Positions 1 through 9,025 of a stretch of DNA of 64,000 bases are shown in pieces; the stretch's first letter is position 1, and every line of letters begins with the position of its first letter. Source of the stretch: Clostridiales bacterium UBA5888 (GTDB taxonomy: Bacteria; Bacillota; Clostridia; Oscillospirales; Oscillospiraceae); the NCBI GenBank assembly GCA_002431965.1, contig DJEW01000001.1, forward strand, positions 1,504 through 65,503, read 5' to 3'. The notes below the pieces were generated by a model that saw nothing but the letters and a program-made list of their open reading frames with translations, did not search any database and was not told the DNA's origin. The position numbers were made by a program, and so were the translations under genes.

Positions 1-2
1 AC

Positions 3-338
3 TTTTCGTTCTCAGATGAGATCATTGAGGAGGACGGCAAGCTCAACTTTTATATTCAGGCGGATTTCAATGTAGATTCTGCATTCGGGACATTTGTCTG
101 CACTGATCAGAATGACGACTGGCTCAACATTTACGCCAACTATGATGTAGAGCAGGATCGGCTATGCGACACACTGGAACTGAACCTCTGCAAGGGAGAC
201 GGTTCGGAAGAAAGCTGGCTTTACCGTCTCAACGCTGCCGAACAGGAAGTCCTGCTCCGCAAAATGGAGACCTTCTGTCAGCAGCAGACCGGCATGAGTC
301 TGCACGATTACACCCAGCAACTTCGAGATGATAAATGA
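3..338 (+). CDS. hypothetical protein, C-terminal part (5' end lies outside the window)
   Basis: Frame 3 is open from the window edge to TGA at 336-338 (my translation ...DDWLNIYANYDVEQDRLCDTLELNL...LRKMETFCQQQTGMSLHDYTQQLRDDK*). It overlaps the next ORF by 11 nt. No family recognised. Confidence 0.35.
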   Translation, partial: FSFSDEIIEEDGKLNFYIQADFNVDSAFGTFVCTDQNDDWLNIYANYDVEQDRLCDTLELNLCKGDGSEESWLYRLNAAEQEVLLRKMETFCQQQTGMSLHDYTQQLRDDK

Positions 339-681
339 CGGTGGGTATGTAGGGACAGTTAATCGATGTCAAATCTCTTTGGAGGTAACAGAGGAACTTA
401 AAAATATCATCTGTGATTACTACATTGATAAAGCATCTGGCTTCGCTTACGTTATAAATGGGAAGGTTCACTTATTTGGCCAAGATTTGTGTTTTCCTGT
501 CATGCGTAGACTTGACTGTGTGCATGTTGATGATCCTGCAAAAGTAAAAACAAAGCTTGCTGTCCTTGACGTTGGTGACACTTTGAAGCTCACATTTGTT
601 GGTACTGCCGATGGTGAAGTTGCAAATTATGTAGACGCTTTTTACTCAGAAAACATTGAAGAGCAGCTTTTTCGACGTTGA
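328..681 (+). CDS. hypothetical protein (117 aa), AT-rich orphan
   Basis: ORF track. It is coupled to the preceding open frame. One 60-nt row hand-counts at about 33% G+C, against about 58% in the neighbouring cluster. A hairpin terminator lies about 90 nt downstream. Confidence 0.35.
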   Translation: MINDGGYVGTVNRCQISLEVTEELKNIICDYYIDKASGFAYVINGKVHLFGQDLCFPVMRRLDCVHVDDPAKVKTKLAVLDVGDTLKLTFVGTADGEVANYVDAFYSENIEEQLFRR

Positions 682-772
682 AGTCATTGCCATGCGGATT
701 ACGAAAATTGACAAGGAACTGCAATAAATGAAGTAGAAATCCTTGTCCTCAAAATTGGCTGCCCCTGCCATA

Positions 773-808
773 CCGCTGCAAGCGAAACGAAAGCTTGCGG
801 CGGTTTTT
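773..808 (+). terminator. rho-independent terminator
   Basis: ccgctgcaagc / gcttgcggcgg stem (11 bp, one G-U pair), 9-nt loop, followed by TTTTT. Confidence 0.5.
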
Positions 809-1334
809 ATAGTTTGTGTTAAAAATAGCGGTTTTTCGTCAATAGCCGGTGTGAAATTGAAATGGATCAGGAAGCATCAGCATATGCCAAAAGGTTATAA
901 TTCACATTGGAAGCCTTGACAAGCTCTGACGCGGGCAATAATATATATATCTCTTCCACAAGGCGGTGACGTATGTACAACCCACAGCATGAGACCTTCA
1001 TCCGCGTGGCGGATGCGGGCAGCTTCCGATGGAGCTGTGGTTTGGGAGCCAGCAGCGCTTTCTTGACGCGGCGAAGGAGGTCGGCAAGGAACCATACGGT
1101 TGATACGAAAACGATTATTGTAGATTTGTCAATGACGTGTGACACACTCGGAAGAAAAAAGGACATCCTCAGGAGTCTTCCAGCCGTGCGGGCGCACAGG
1201 TAAATTATTATACTGCCGTTGACTGACAGTAAGCTGTCTGGCAAAATCATCTCCGGGTATATGTCTCATTCAATTTTATGTAAACCACATTATTTATACC
1301 TTTTATGCTGCGCGAATAATGACATATAGAGTTC

Positions 1335-1361
1335 CCCCGCTGCCTGCAAACGGCAGCGGGG
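1335..1361 (-). terminator. hairpin downstream of the ligase gene (weak terminator candidate)
   Basis: ccccgctgcc tgcaaac ggcagcgggg is a perfect 10-bp GC-rich stem 25 nt past the stop of the 1386..2963 gene. No clean T-run follows. Confidence 0.3.
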
Positions 1362-1385
1362 ACGTATTATGGGGACGTATTATAT

Positions 1386-2963
1386 TTATTTCAATTTGCT
1401 TTTTTTCTTTCTCCATGCCAGTATCTGATGACCGTTCGGGACTTTTATGAATGAAAATCCGGAGCCGGTATCATCGCAAAGCTCTCTTTCGGAGACAAGC
1501 CTGCTCTTGCTTATCTTTCCGGACTGATCTCGCGGCATCTTATCTATCAGCTCGACGGTCTTTGGCAATTTATAATTGCTCAGGCGTCTGAAGCAGAAAT
1601 CGGCAAAGGAATAGAGCTTGAATTCCGATGCAGGGCATGCAGGCTCAATAACAGCATGCACTCGCTTCCCCCACACTTCATCCGGCAAGCCTATAACCAG
1701 CGCATCCGCAACCTGCGGATATTCCTTGATGAGATTCTCAACCTCCGTAGAATAAACATTCTTGCCGCCGGTGATTATCATGTCGCTCCGGCGATCCACG
1801 AGGTAAACATAGCCGTCGCTGTCTTTATATCCAAGGTCGCCCACGCTGACCGAGCCGTCCGGAGCGCTTTTCAGCTTTTGAGTTCCCAGCAGATAATGCG
1901 AGGACTTACTCTGAAGATTTTTGAAGAAAACATTTCCTGTCACGCCGCTGTCAACGGGCTGATAATTATCGTCAAGTATCTCTATCTCGCAGCCGAACGG
2001 TCTGCCAACGCTGCTGGGATGCGCAAGCCACTCGTCGCCGCGGATCGCCGCAATGCCGACCTTCTCAGACATGGAATAGAACTCGTACACCCTTTCTCCT
2101 CCGAGGCGCTCTATCCATTTCTGCTTCAGCCAGCCGGGGCAGGCTGCGCCCGCATGATGCATACACTCGACGCTGCTGAGATCCGCTCCCGCAAATTCGC
2201 TGTTGCGATAGATCTTTCCCATCATCGTCGGAACAAGCACAAAACAATTCACATTGTATTTTGCTATGCTCTTGAGAAAAAGGGTATCGTCAAAGCGCTT
2301 AAACAATACAATCGTGTCGCCCATTGCAAGCTCCATGAAAAATGCATTGCTGAAGAGGCTGTGGTGCAGGGAGCCGCAGATAAGGGCTGTCTGACCCGGA
2401 TGCTGCCCTGTGAGCATCTGCCAGGCATAAAAGTCCGGCAAGCCGAACTCCATCGGGATGTCTTCAATTATGATTTTCGGTATACCCGTGCTGCCGCCGG
2501 TCGCCGAAGCCCTTGCCGGAACCGCGCACACGTCCTCTATCTGCTCTTCCGGCTCGTGAAGACTGCTCAGAAAACGGTCTGTTATGTTGGCAGACCTGTA
2601 ACTGTCAGACCTGAGCTTTCCGGCAACGAAATTCGGCTTGATCTGCTCAAGCAGGAGTGCAAGCTCATTTTCAGGCAATTCTGCCGACAGTGTAAACACG
2701 CAGGCCCCGATATGCCACGCCGCCAACGGCGTCACCACGGCTGCCAGCGAATTGGGAAGAACAGTAACGATCCTCGAATTCCGTCCAAGTCCCTGCTCCT
2801 TGAAGTATGCAGCAAGCCTATCCGTCTGCCGCAGCAGCTCACCCCAGTTGTATACTGACTCCGCGCCGTCTTTTTCCGTGATTATCACGGCTGTTTTCTC
2901 CGGCGCCGTCGCTGCATGCTCTTTTACCAGCACGTATATCGGTTTTTTCTCTGTTTCCTGCAT
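1386..2963 (-). CDS. AMP-dependent acyl-CoA synthetase/ligase (ANL superfamily)
   Basis: Motifs TGGSTGIPK, GDLGYKDSDGYVYLVDRRSDMIITGGKNV and YKLPKTVELIDKMPRDQSGKISKSRL. Start moved to the internal ATG at 2963 (MQETEKK...), which is preceded by CAGGAGGAAAAA. Confidence 0.85.
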   Translation of the reverse strand: MQETEKKPIYVLVKEHAATAPEKTAVIITEKDGAESVYNWGELLRQTDRLAAYFKEQGLGRNSRIVTVLPNSLAAVVTPLAAWHIGACVFTLSAELPENELALLLEQIKPNFVAGKLRSDSYRSANITDRFLSSLHEPEEQIEDVCAVPARASATGGSTGIPKIIIEDIPMEFGLPDFYAWQMLTGQHPGQTALICGSLHHSLFSNAFFMELAMGDTIVLFKRFDDTLFLKSIAKYNVNCFVLVPTMMGKIYRNSEFAGADLSSVECMHHAGAACPGWLKQKWIERLGGERVYEFYSMSEKVGIAAIRGDEWLAHPSSVGRPFGCEIEILDDNYQPVDSGVTGNVFFKNLQSKSSHYLLGTQKLKSAPDGSVSVGDLGYKDSDGYVYLVDRRSDMIITGGKNVYSTEVENLIKEYPQVADALVIGLPDEVWGKRVHAVIEPACPASEFKLYSFADFCFRRLSNYKLPKTVELIDKMPRDQSGKISKSRLVSERELCDDTGSGFSFIKVPNGHQILAWRKKKSKLK

Positions 2964-3117
2964 TTTTTCCTCCTGTATATTTATCTGCCTTCGCCGCAGC
3001 AGTTTGTTGCTTGTTTCACAAACAATCATAGCAGTTATACACAGGATAGCTCTTCAAAATCTTCAATTTTTCTCTCAGCCGTATTTCTAAATTATCACAA
3101 ACAGATACCGTGCTTCA

Positions 3118-3687
3118 CTATATTATTGCCTTTTTATTGCTCTCATGCAGAAGTATCCCATAGAGCTCCACAACGTACATATACTTCATTTTGTTGGTGA
3201 AGTAATCTTCTTCGCTCTTCTGTTGGGCAAGAAATGCAAATATATTCTCAACCCGCTTGCAGTCCGCTTCAGATATCTGCGCAATTATCGCTCCCTGCGG
3301 GACAACGAAAGAATTCACCTTGACATACGGATTGCTCATCATGTACATATATATTCCGCTATCCATACGGCAGTATGCAAGACTGACAGCGCTCCCCTCG
3401 TCCGGCACTATGGAGCAGCTGTGAAAAGGTCCTACGCACACAAACGATCCCCTTTTTATCTCGTTCGCTTCATTATTAACCATAATCCTGCCGCAGCCGG
3501 CGGTAACTATCGCCAGCGTATTTCCCTCAGAGCTCATATAAGGCGTCGGAGCTGAGACCGTTTTTGCAACGCCGGATATGTTAAGAAGTGATCCGCAGCG
3601 GCTGAAATAGTCGCTCATTCCAAAGCGGACCGAGTAGTCGATATTGTCATATACTTTTTCTATATTCTCTGCCATACGCTCAGCCAT
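3118..3687 (-). CDS. cupin-like protein resembling an AraC ligand-binding domain, with no DNA-binding domain
   Basis: 189 aa with a beta-rich core (LAIVTAGCGRIMVNNEANEIKRGSFVCVGPFHSCSIV) followed by a helical tail. No HTH is present. Its ATG overlaps the stop of the upstream AraC gene (ATGGCTGA). Confidence 0.5.
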   Translation of the reverse strand: MAERMAENIEKVYDNIDYSVRFGMSDYFSRCGSLLNISGVAKTVSAPTPYMSSEGNTLAIVTAGCGRIMVNNEANEIKRGSFVCVGPFHSCSIVPDEGSAVSLAYCRMDSGIYMYMMSNPYVKVNSFVVPQGAIIAQISEADCKRVENIFAFLAQQKSEEDYFTNKMKYMYVVELYGILLHESNKKAII

Positions 3688-4909
3688 TCCTTTCCCTGCA
3701 TTCTTTTCTGTAATCGCTTGGCAGCTGCCCGTTTATTTCCTTGAAAACGCGGCTGAACGAGCTTACGGAATTGAAGCCTACAACAATTGCAATATCCAGG
3801 AGGTTCATTTCAGACGAGGCCAGCAGCATTTCCGAATACCTTGTGCGCAGCACCTGCAGCAGGCGCTTGAAGCCGATCCCATAAGCCTTCTGGAGCAGAT
3901 TGCGGATAATATTGGGTGAGAGAAATGTATCCCTTGCGATTTTCTCCAGGCTGACCTCCTCGCCAATGTTTCTGTACAGGTAGTCCACTACCGACAAAAG
4001 CCTGTCGTCAGCTATAAGGCCGCGGTACACGCGGTCTTTTCCGCCCGGGCAGAGATTCATATCCCGGTACTCGCTGGGAGTTACGCCGACAACCTTCTTG
4101 AAGCAGCGGTAGAATGTCACATCGGATTCAAACCCGGATACCGATGCAATATAATCCAGCGGCAAGTTTTCGCACAGCAAATATGACATTGCCGTCAGGC
4201 ACCGGTTTCTGCGCAGGGTCTGATCGTAATTGAGCGAGGTCGCTATCCTAAGCTGCGAATTGAGCGTTACCGGGTCGGTATTCAGCTCACCTGCCGCTTT
4301 TTTTATTGAACACCCATCGCGGCTGTGCATGGCAATATATATGCTGGCCTGCCAGCCCAAGGGGAACTTCTCAGCCGCTGGTATCTCTCTGCCGCCTATA
4401 GTCATGCCAAAGAGCAGGGACAGCCGCCCGAGAAGAGATGTCTTTACCATCGCCGTGCCATTGTCATAACGCGCATCTATATTGTTGAAATCCTCAAATA
4501 TCTGCCTGAACTCCTGAGTGCTGCCATCTTCGGGGTATAATATGGGTGACTGTGTGACTACGGACATTCTCGTAGCCAGGGGGCTGGACATGAACATATG
4601 ATAATTGATCAGAACATAATCGTAAGTTATGCTCCACAATTCCAGTCCGGTCTTCGTATCCGGTCTGACAGACAGCACCTGTGTTCCCTGTATCCAGCAG
4701 ACGCAGTCCTTATAAATTTCAAACGCAACTCCGTTTATAATAAGCTGACCTTTTCCTGCTCTGACAAAAATGAAGTAACTGTCATCTTCCATCACGGGCA
4801 GCATGTTCTGGCTCACCGAATGCTTGCACAGATGCAGGAACTTATTCGGCGCACAAAAAACACCCTTTACCGGTTTCTCGTAAAGAGGAATAGCTCTTAA
4901 ACTGTTCAA
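3680..4909 (-). CDS. AraC-family transcriptional regulator with two complete AraC-type DNA-binding domains
   Basis: N-terminal cupin-like region, then two roughly 95-aa AraC HTH modules (...YIASVSGFESDVTFYRCFKKVVGVTPSEYR and ...DIAIVVGFNSVSSFSRVFKEINGQLPSDYRKE). TTG start preceded by GAGAGG. Confidence 0.8.
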   Translation of the reverse strand: MNSLRAIPLYEKPVKGVFCAPNKFLHLCKHSVSQNMLPVMEDDSYFIFVRAGKGQLIINGVAFEIYKDCVCWIQGTQVLSVRPDTKTGLELWSITYDYVLINYHMFMSSPLATRMSVVTQSPILYPEDGSTQEFRQIFEDFNNIDARYDNGTAMVKTSLLGRLSLLFGMTIGGREIPAAEKFPLGWQASIYIAMHSRDGCSIKKAAGELNTDPVTLNSQLRIATSLNYDQTLRRNRCLTAMSYLLCENLPLDYIASVSGFESDVTFYRCFKKVVGVTPSEYRDMNLCPGGKDRVYRGLIADDRLLSVVDYLYRNIGEEVSLEKIARDTFLSPNIIRNLLQKAYGIGFKRLLQVLRTRYSEMLLASSEMNLLDIAIVVGFNSVSSFSRVFKEINGQLPSDYRKECRERNG

Positions 4910-5297
4910 AGCACTGCCTCTCTTTCATATAATAATATTATATTTTTAACAAAACCGCCGTGGAATTTCAAGTGTTCACACCCGAATTGACTGTTGGCGG
5001 CAATGTCTGATGCAAAAAATCCGTTTTTTGAAGAATAATCAATTATTTAATTTATATTTTTTGCGTACTTTCAGGCAATCTTCTTTAGATGCACAGAAGA
5101 AGTAAATGCTTCCAATATCTTAAATACAGCAGCATACATTGATAGTAACCATTCATTTTATACGCGATATATTGCAATAAAAAAATCAACTTGTCTCTGC
5201 GCCTGTGTCGATGACTATGTTAAAATAAACTCAATTCGTTAAGCAAAAGGCAAAGCAGCAGTACCGTCCACACAAAATTATAGCAGGAGGAAATAAA

Positions 5298-6596
5298 ATG
5301 CACAATTTACTTGAAGGCGTCCGCGTAGTTGAAACCGCCAGCTACATGATGGGTCCGATCGCAGGGCGCATCCTTGCCGACTGGGGCGCAGAAGTGATAA
5401 AGATCGAGCCGGACGTTGCTCACCCGCCCTTTGACGGCGACCGTATACGCGGAACCGGTCTTGCGCGCGGCATCATGAACGGTGACCTTGGCATATACTA
5501 TTTTGTCAATGGCAACAAGAAATCCGTTGCAATCGACACCAACTGCAAGCAGGGTCAGATCATTCAGCAGAAGCTCTGCGCGAGCGCGGATATAGTTATC
5601 CACCACCTCAACCACGCTGACCAGAAGAAGCTTGGCATTGACTATGCCACGCTCTCCAAGATGAAGCCCGGGATCATTGTAGCGTCCACAAGCGGCTATG
5701 GCATCAAGGGTCCCGACAAGGACCGTCCCGGCTTTGATGCTGTCGCGTATGCCGCGCGCTCCGGTATGCTCACAAGCTGCGCACCTGACGGTACGCCTTT
5801 CATTCCTTTCATGGGATACGGCGATGTCCCCTCCGGCTCATATTTAGCCGGCGCGATCATGGCGGCTTATATACACAAGCTGAAAACCGGCGAAGGCAAC
5901 AATGTTTCAGTATCACTATACGGTTCAGCTATCTGGACCGCCGGTCTTCCCATCATTTCCGCTCCTTACGGCGATCCGTATCCCACTCCGCTGGATGCCG
6001 GTCTTCCCTCAGCCAGAATGTTCCGCTGCGGCGACGGCAAGTGGCTTTACATGATGTGCAACGACTGGGATCGTTCCATCGTCAAGTTCAAGATGGTCAT
6101 GCCTTCGTTCCCCGAGGACGCAGAAAAGCGCTGGCCCAACTACTTTGCCGCAAAGGCAGACTCGAAGGGTATCGCCGAAATATTCGCCGCAGAGTTTGCT
6201 TCTCACAACCGTGAATACTGGGTCGAGAAGCTTACCGCCGCAAAGATTCCTTTCGACATCATTGCCGATTTTGCGGATATACAGAAAGATGTGCAGGCCT
6301 GGGAAGGCGGGCATCTCATTCACCCGAACGGAGCCGGAACAGAGACATATCCGTATGAGACCGGCATTCCCGTCGCTCCCGGACAGTTTAAGAACGGCGG
6401 TACTCCGGAGGTCAGCGTAAGCAATGTGGGCGAGCATACCAGAGAGCAGCTCAAGCTTATAGGCTACACGGATGAGCAGGTAGACAAGTTCCGCGCCAAG
6501 AAGGTTCTGACAGAGGGCGACCAGTATGAGCCTGACCGCTTCAATGTCATGAAGCCCGGGACATACTACAACAAGCTTTTCTCTGCACTGAGATAA
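5298..6596 (+). CDS. family III CoA-transferase (CaiB/BaiF superfamily)
   Basis: N-terminal GVRVVETASYMMGPIAGRILADWGAEVIKIEP signature. 432 aa. RBS AGGAGGAAATAAA precedes the ATG. Confidence 0.9.
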   Translation: MHNLLEGVRVVETASYMMGPIAGRILADWGAEVIKIEPDVAHPPFDGDRIRGTGLARGIMNGDLGIYYFVNGNKKSVAIDTNCKQGQIIQQKLCASADIVIHHLNHADQKKLGIDYATLSKMKPGIIVASTSGYGIKGPDKDRPGFDAVAYAARSGMLTSCAPDGTPFIPFMGYGDVPSGSYLAGAIMAAYIHKLKTGEGNNVSVSLYGSAIWTAGLPIISAPYGDPYPTPLDAGLPSARMFRCGDGKWLYMMCNDWDRSIVKFKMVMPSFPEDAEKRWPNYFAAKADSKGIAEIFAAEFASHNREYWVEKLTAAKIPFDIIADFADIQKDVQAWEGGHLIHPNGAGTETYPYETGIPVAPGQFKNGGTPEVSVSNVGEHTREQLKLIGYTDEQVDKFRAKKVLTEGDQYEPDRFNVMKPGTYYNKLFSALR

Positions 6597-6716
6597 CGTC
6601 TTTCAGCGCAGTGCACCCACGGCTGACAGCCGTGCGTCCCTGTCAGCCATGGGGATCGCGCGGGCATACTTTGCCGTCTTGCAAAGCCCGATACAAAAGT
6701 ATAAGTATATCTCAAA

Positions 6717-6759
6717 CTCCCGCGTGCTGTCAGCCATCGGCAGTCCGCGGGAGCTTTTT
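6717..6759 (+). terminator. hairpin terminator between convergent genes
   Basis: ctcccgcg ... cgcgggag stem followed by CTTTTT. It lies between the stops of the 5298..6596 and 6758..8173 genes. Confidence 0.4.
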
Positions 6760-8173
6760 ACAGCAGATGTATGCACCTTGCGATATAGTCAGCCGCCTCC
6801 TGACCGGTAAGGCACTGCTCGGGCGGAAGTTTCTGCATATGATCCAGCCACATGTTGAGCTGCCTTATCATCGCACTGCCGGAGATGGAATATACCGTCT
6901 GGTTTTCCCCGCCGCGCAGATTCATGGCAAACGCCGTGTGCTGGTTTGTAAAGACCGACACCGAAAGATCATCATAATTGCAGATCTTATTCTGGGTGGG
7001 CAGAATATACACCTGTCCGGGGTTCCTTTTCAGCTGCGCCGCCATATTTTTCAGGTGCTGCAGCCTGTCCTCGGGCGGCACCTCTATAAGCCCACCCATC
7101 ACCATGAGCCGCCCGGTATAGATATAGTCCACAAGAGCAAGCTGGTATATCAGGACAGACTCAAAGAAATCGGAGCCGTTGAAAAAAAACTGCATCTCAC
7201 TGGCAAGCTCAGGATGCATTGCAGCGAACTTTTTCTTCAGACTGTCAGGGAGGAAAAACGGCTGCATCCGATCAAGCAGGGAGCGGCAATGCGGCTGGAT
7301 AAGAAAATCGAGAAAATACTTCTTTTCCATCAGCTGCTTAATGCTTACCGCCTTTGCCGCCGGAAGTCTGTCGCGGATATAGGCATCCGCCGAGCTGCAG
7401 TAGCGCTCGATAATATTTCTGTCTCCCGACTCCAGCAGATGCACCTCTCTGGAAAACGGCTCCCGGATATATTGCAGGAGCAGTGCGTCCCGGATAAGAT
7501 ACACATAGCCTGTTCTGTCGAGGCGCGCCCCATAGAATTCATAGCGTATTTTCCTGCCCAGTCCCATCAGATAGCAGAACGAACGGCATGAAATATCGGT
7601 CCTCGATCCGAAATCATCCATATCTATAAACTGTATCACGCGCAGCTCAGTCCCTGCCGGAAGAATATCTGTGACCCGCCCGAAAAACGAATCATTGTTC
7701 TTGAACTGGATATGTATCGGCGTCGTACATATCATGTCCAGCCGCCTGGCAGGCGGCGTTTGCTGCAGCGCAGTGAAAATACTTTCAGGAAACAACGCAA
7801 TATCCTTCACAGGACCGATCATAGCGTTTTCCCTTCCGGTTTTCTCCGGCGCGGGAGCGCGCTTTTTCCGCTCTTCGACCAGCGCGGCGGCAAGCATTGA
7901 AGCAAGCGCGCCTGAAAACGCCGCGTCTGTCAGGTTATCGCATTCAAGATTAAACTGTCCCGCTATCCGCGCCCGCACATCAGGATCCGTGTTCTCCGTC
8001 AGATACGCCGCGATCTTCATAAACAGCTCGTCGTTGTTGCGCAGCGCAGGGAGTTTCACTCCGTTTACCCACCGGCTGATATAAGAGGGATCATATCCGA
8101 GCGCGTCGGCAAGATTGCAGCGTTTTACGCCGCACAGCTTTGTCAGCTCCTGCAATGTTCTGCCAAATGTCAT
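6758..8173 (-). CDS. XRE-family HTH transcriptional regulator with a large uncharacterised C-terminal domain
   Basis: N-terminus MTFGRTLQELTKLCGVKRCNLADALGYDPSYISRWVNG is a classic Cro/C1 HTH. Start set at the ATG at 8173, preceded by GGAGGGCGATT. Transcribed divergently from the SnoaL-SDR-flavoenzyme operon. Confidence 0.75.
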   Translation of the reverse strand: MTFGRTLQELTKLCGVKRCNLADALGYDPSYISRWVNGVKLPALRNNDELFMKIAAYLTENTDPDVRARIAGQFNLECDNLTDAAFSGALASMLAAALVEERKKRAPAPEKTGRENAMIGPVKDIALFPESIFTALQQTPPARRLDMICTTPIHIQFKNNDSFFGRVTDILPAGTELRVIQFIDMDDFGSRTDISCRSFCYLMGLGRKIRYEFYGARLDRTGYVYLIRDALLLQYIREPFSREVHLLESGDRNIIERYCSSADAYIRDRLPAAKAVSIKQLMEKKYFLDFLIQPHCRSLLDRMQPFFLPDSLKKKFAAMHPELASEMQFFFNGSDFFESVLIYQLALVDYIYTGRLMVMGGLIEVPPEDRLQHLKNMAAQLKRNPGQVYILPTQNKICNYDDLSVSVFTNQHTAFAMNLRGGENQTVYSISGSAMIRQLNMWLDHMQKLPPEQCLTGQEAADYIARCIHLL

Positions 8174-8355
8174 AATCGCCCTCCAGAAACGTGAATTCAT
8201 CTTGACCAGTTGTACGTGCATTTCCCTCGATGCATATAAACAATATAGCTCACCGGCATGTTTTTTGCAACAGTCATTCGCACAGCGCCGGAATTACGTC
8301 ACTTTTCGCTTGACCGTTTTTTATTCGTCAAGACAACCAAAGTCAATTTTCATCA

Positions 8356-8398
8356 GTAAAAAGCACAGTGCATCAAGATGATACACTGTGCTTTTTAC
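8356..8398. promoter_or_regulatory. perfect inverted repeat (15-bp arms, 13-nt spacer) in the divergent control region
   Basis: GTAAAAAGCACAGTG-N13-CACTGTGCTTTTTAC. The flanking A-run and T-run give it the shape of a bidirectional terminator or attenuator. It could equally be an operator. Confidence 0.4.
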
Positions 8399-8521
8399 CG
8401 CGCAAATGATAATATTATGTCAAACTTGGCATGCGCGCATCGAATATATGGTTTTTGCCGTATGTTTTGCGCGGCGTGTATAAGGAAAAGCAAGTGTAAA
8501 AGTATAAAGGAGGAATTCAGC

Positions 8522-9025
8522 TTGACCATCGATCCCGACAAGAAAATAAAAGAGCTGTCACGGGTCATCATAGAGGATGCCGGACTGCCCTACACTGCCG
8601 CTCAGCTTGCGGAGATCCCGTCTATCCTGGCCGCAAAGAGCCGGTATTTCTGGTGCATCGACAATCAGGAATTTGACCTGATGCCGGATGTATTCACAGC
8701 CGAGGGCTTCCAGACCTTCTGGAGCGGTCGCCCGGGCTTCAAAGACCGCGACAAGCAGGTTCAGCAGAACAGGAATACCTGCGGGGACGACATGGTGCCA
8801 ATGCACTTCGGCTACAACCAGATAGTCCGTTTTACGGGCGAGCGCAGCGCCCAGCTGCTCACGCGCATGCACGACTACCATACATACAAGGACAACGGAG
8901 AGACATATTCCGGTTACGGTCTGTATGTTGACGATCTTGTAAAGTGCAGCGACGACCGCTGGCGCATAAAGACGCTGCGGCTTACCTACCGTGTTCTTGA
9001 AGGAAAATTAAGGAGGAGTAAATAA
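8522..9025 (+). CDS. SnoaL/NTF2-fold protein, BaiE-like (candidate steroid/bile-acid dehydratase)
   Basis: TTG start at 8522, 6 nt after AAGGAGGAA, gives 167 aa. The pattern KSRYFWCIDNQEFD ... MHFGYNQIV ... GYGLYVDDLVKCSDDRWRI parallels the BaiE pattern as I recall it (YFRCLD ... MHMGH ... GQWYI). The stop overlaps the next ATG (TAATG). Confidence 0.65.
   Translation: MTIDPDKKIKELSRVIIEDAGLPYTAAQLAEIPSILAAKSRYFWCIDNQEFDLMPDVFTAEGFQTFWSGRPGFKDRDKQVQQNRNTCGDDMVPMHFGYNQIVRFTGERSAQLLTRMHDYHTYKDNGETYSGYGLYVDDLVKCSDDRWRIKTLRLTYRVLEGKLRRSK

Noticed and set aside
973-1203. Possible LysR-type regulator remnant (MYNPQHETFIRVADAGSF...).
   Set aside because: Only about 18 residues resemble a LysR N-terminus. 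None of the three frames continues the HTH, so the evidence is too thin.
1357-1382. Tandem 13-nt duplication, ggggacgtattat x2.
   Set aside because: It has only two copies and partly overlaps the terminator stem. It is most simply a small slippage duplication with no array structure.
6611-7591. 326-aa plus-strand ORF overlapping the XRE regulator gene.
   Set aside because: It is antisense to a gene with a clear HTH and RBS. The translation is Arg/His-rich with no motif. It is likely spurious.
8378-8521. ATG at 8378 as the start of the SnoaL-like protein (215 aa).
   Set aside because: It has no RBS, and the extra 48 residues are Cys/Arg-rich and overlap the regulatory hairpin. The TTG at 8522 has a consensus RBS and gives a BaiE-sized product.
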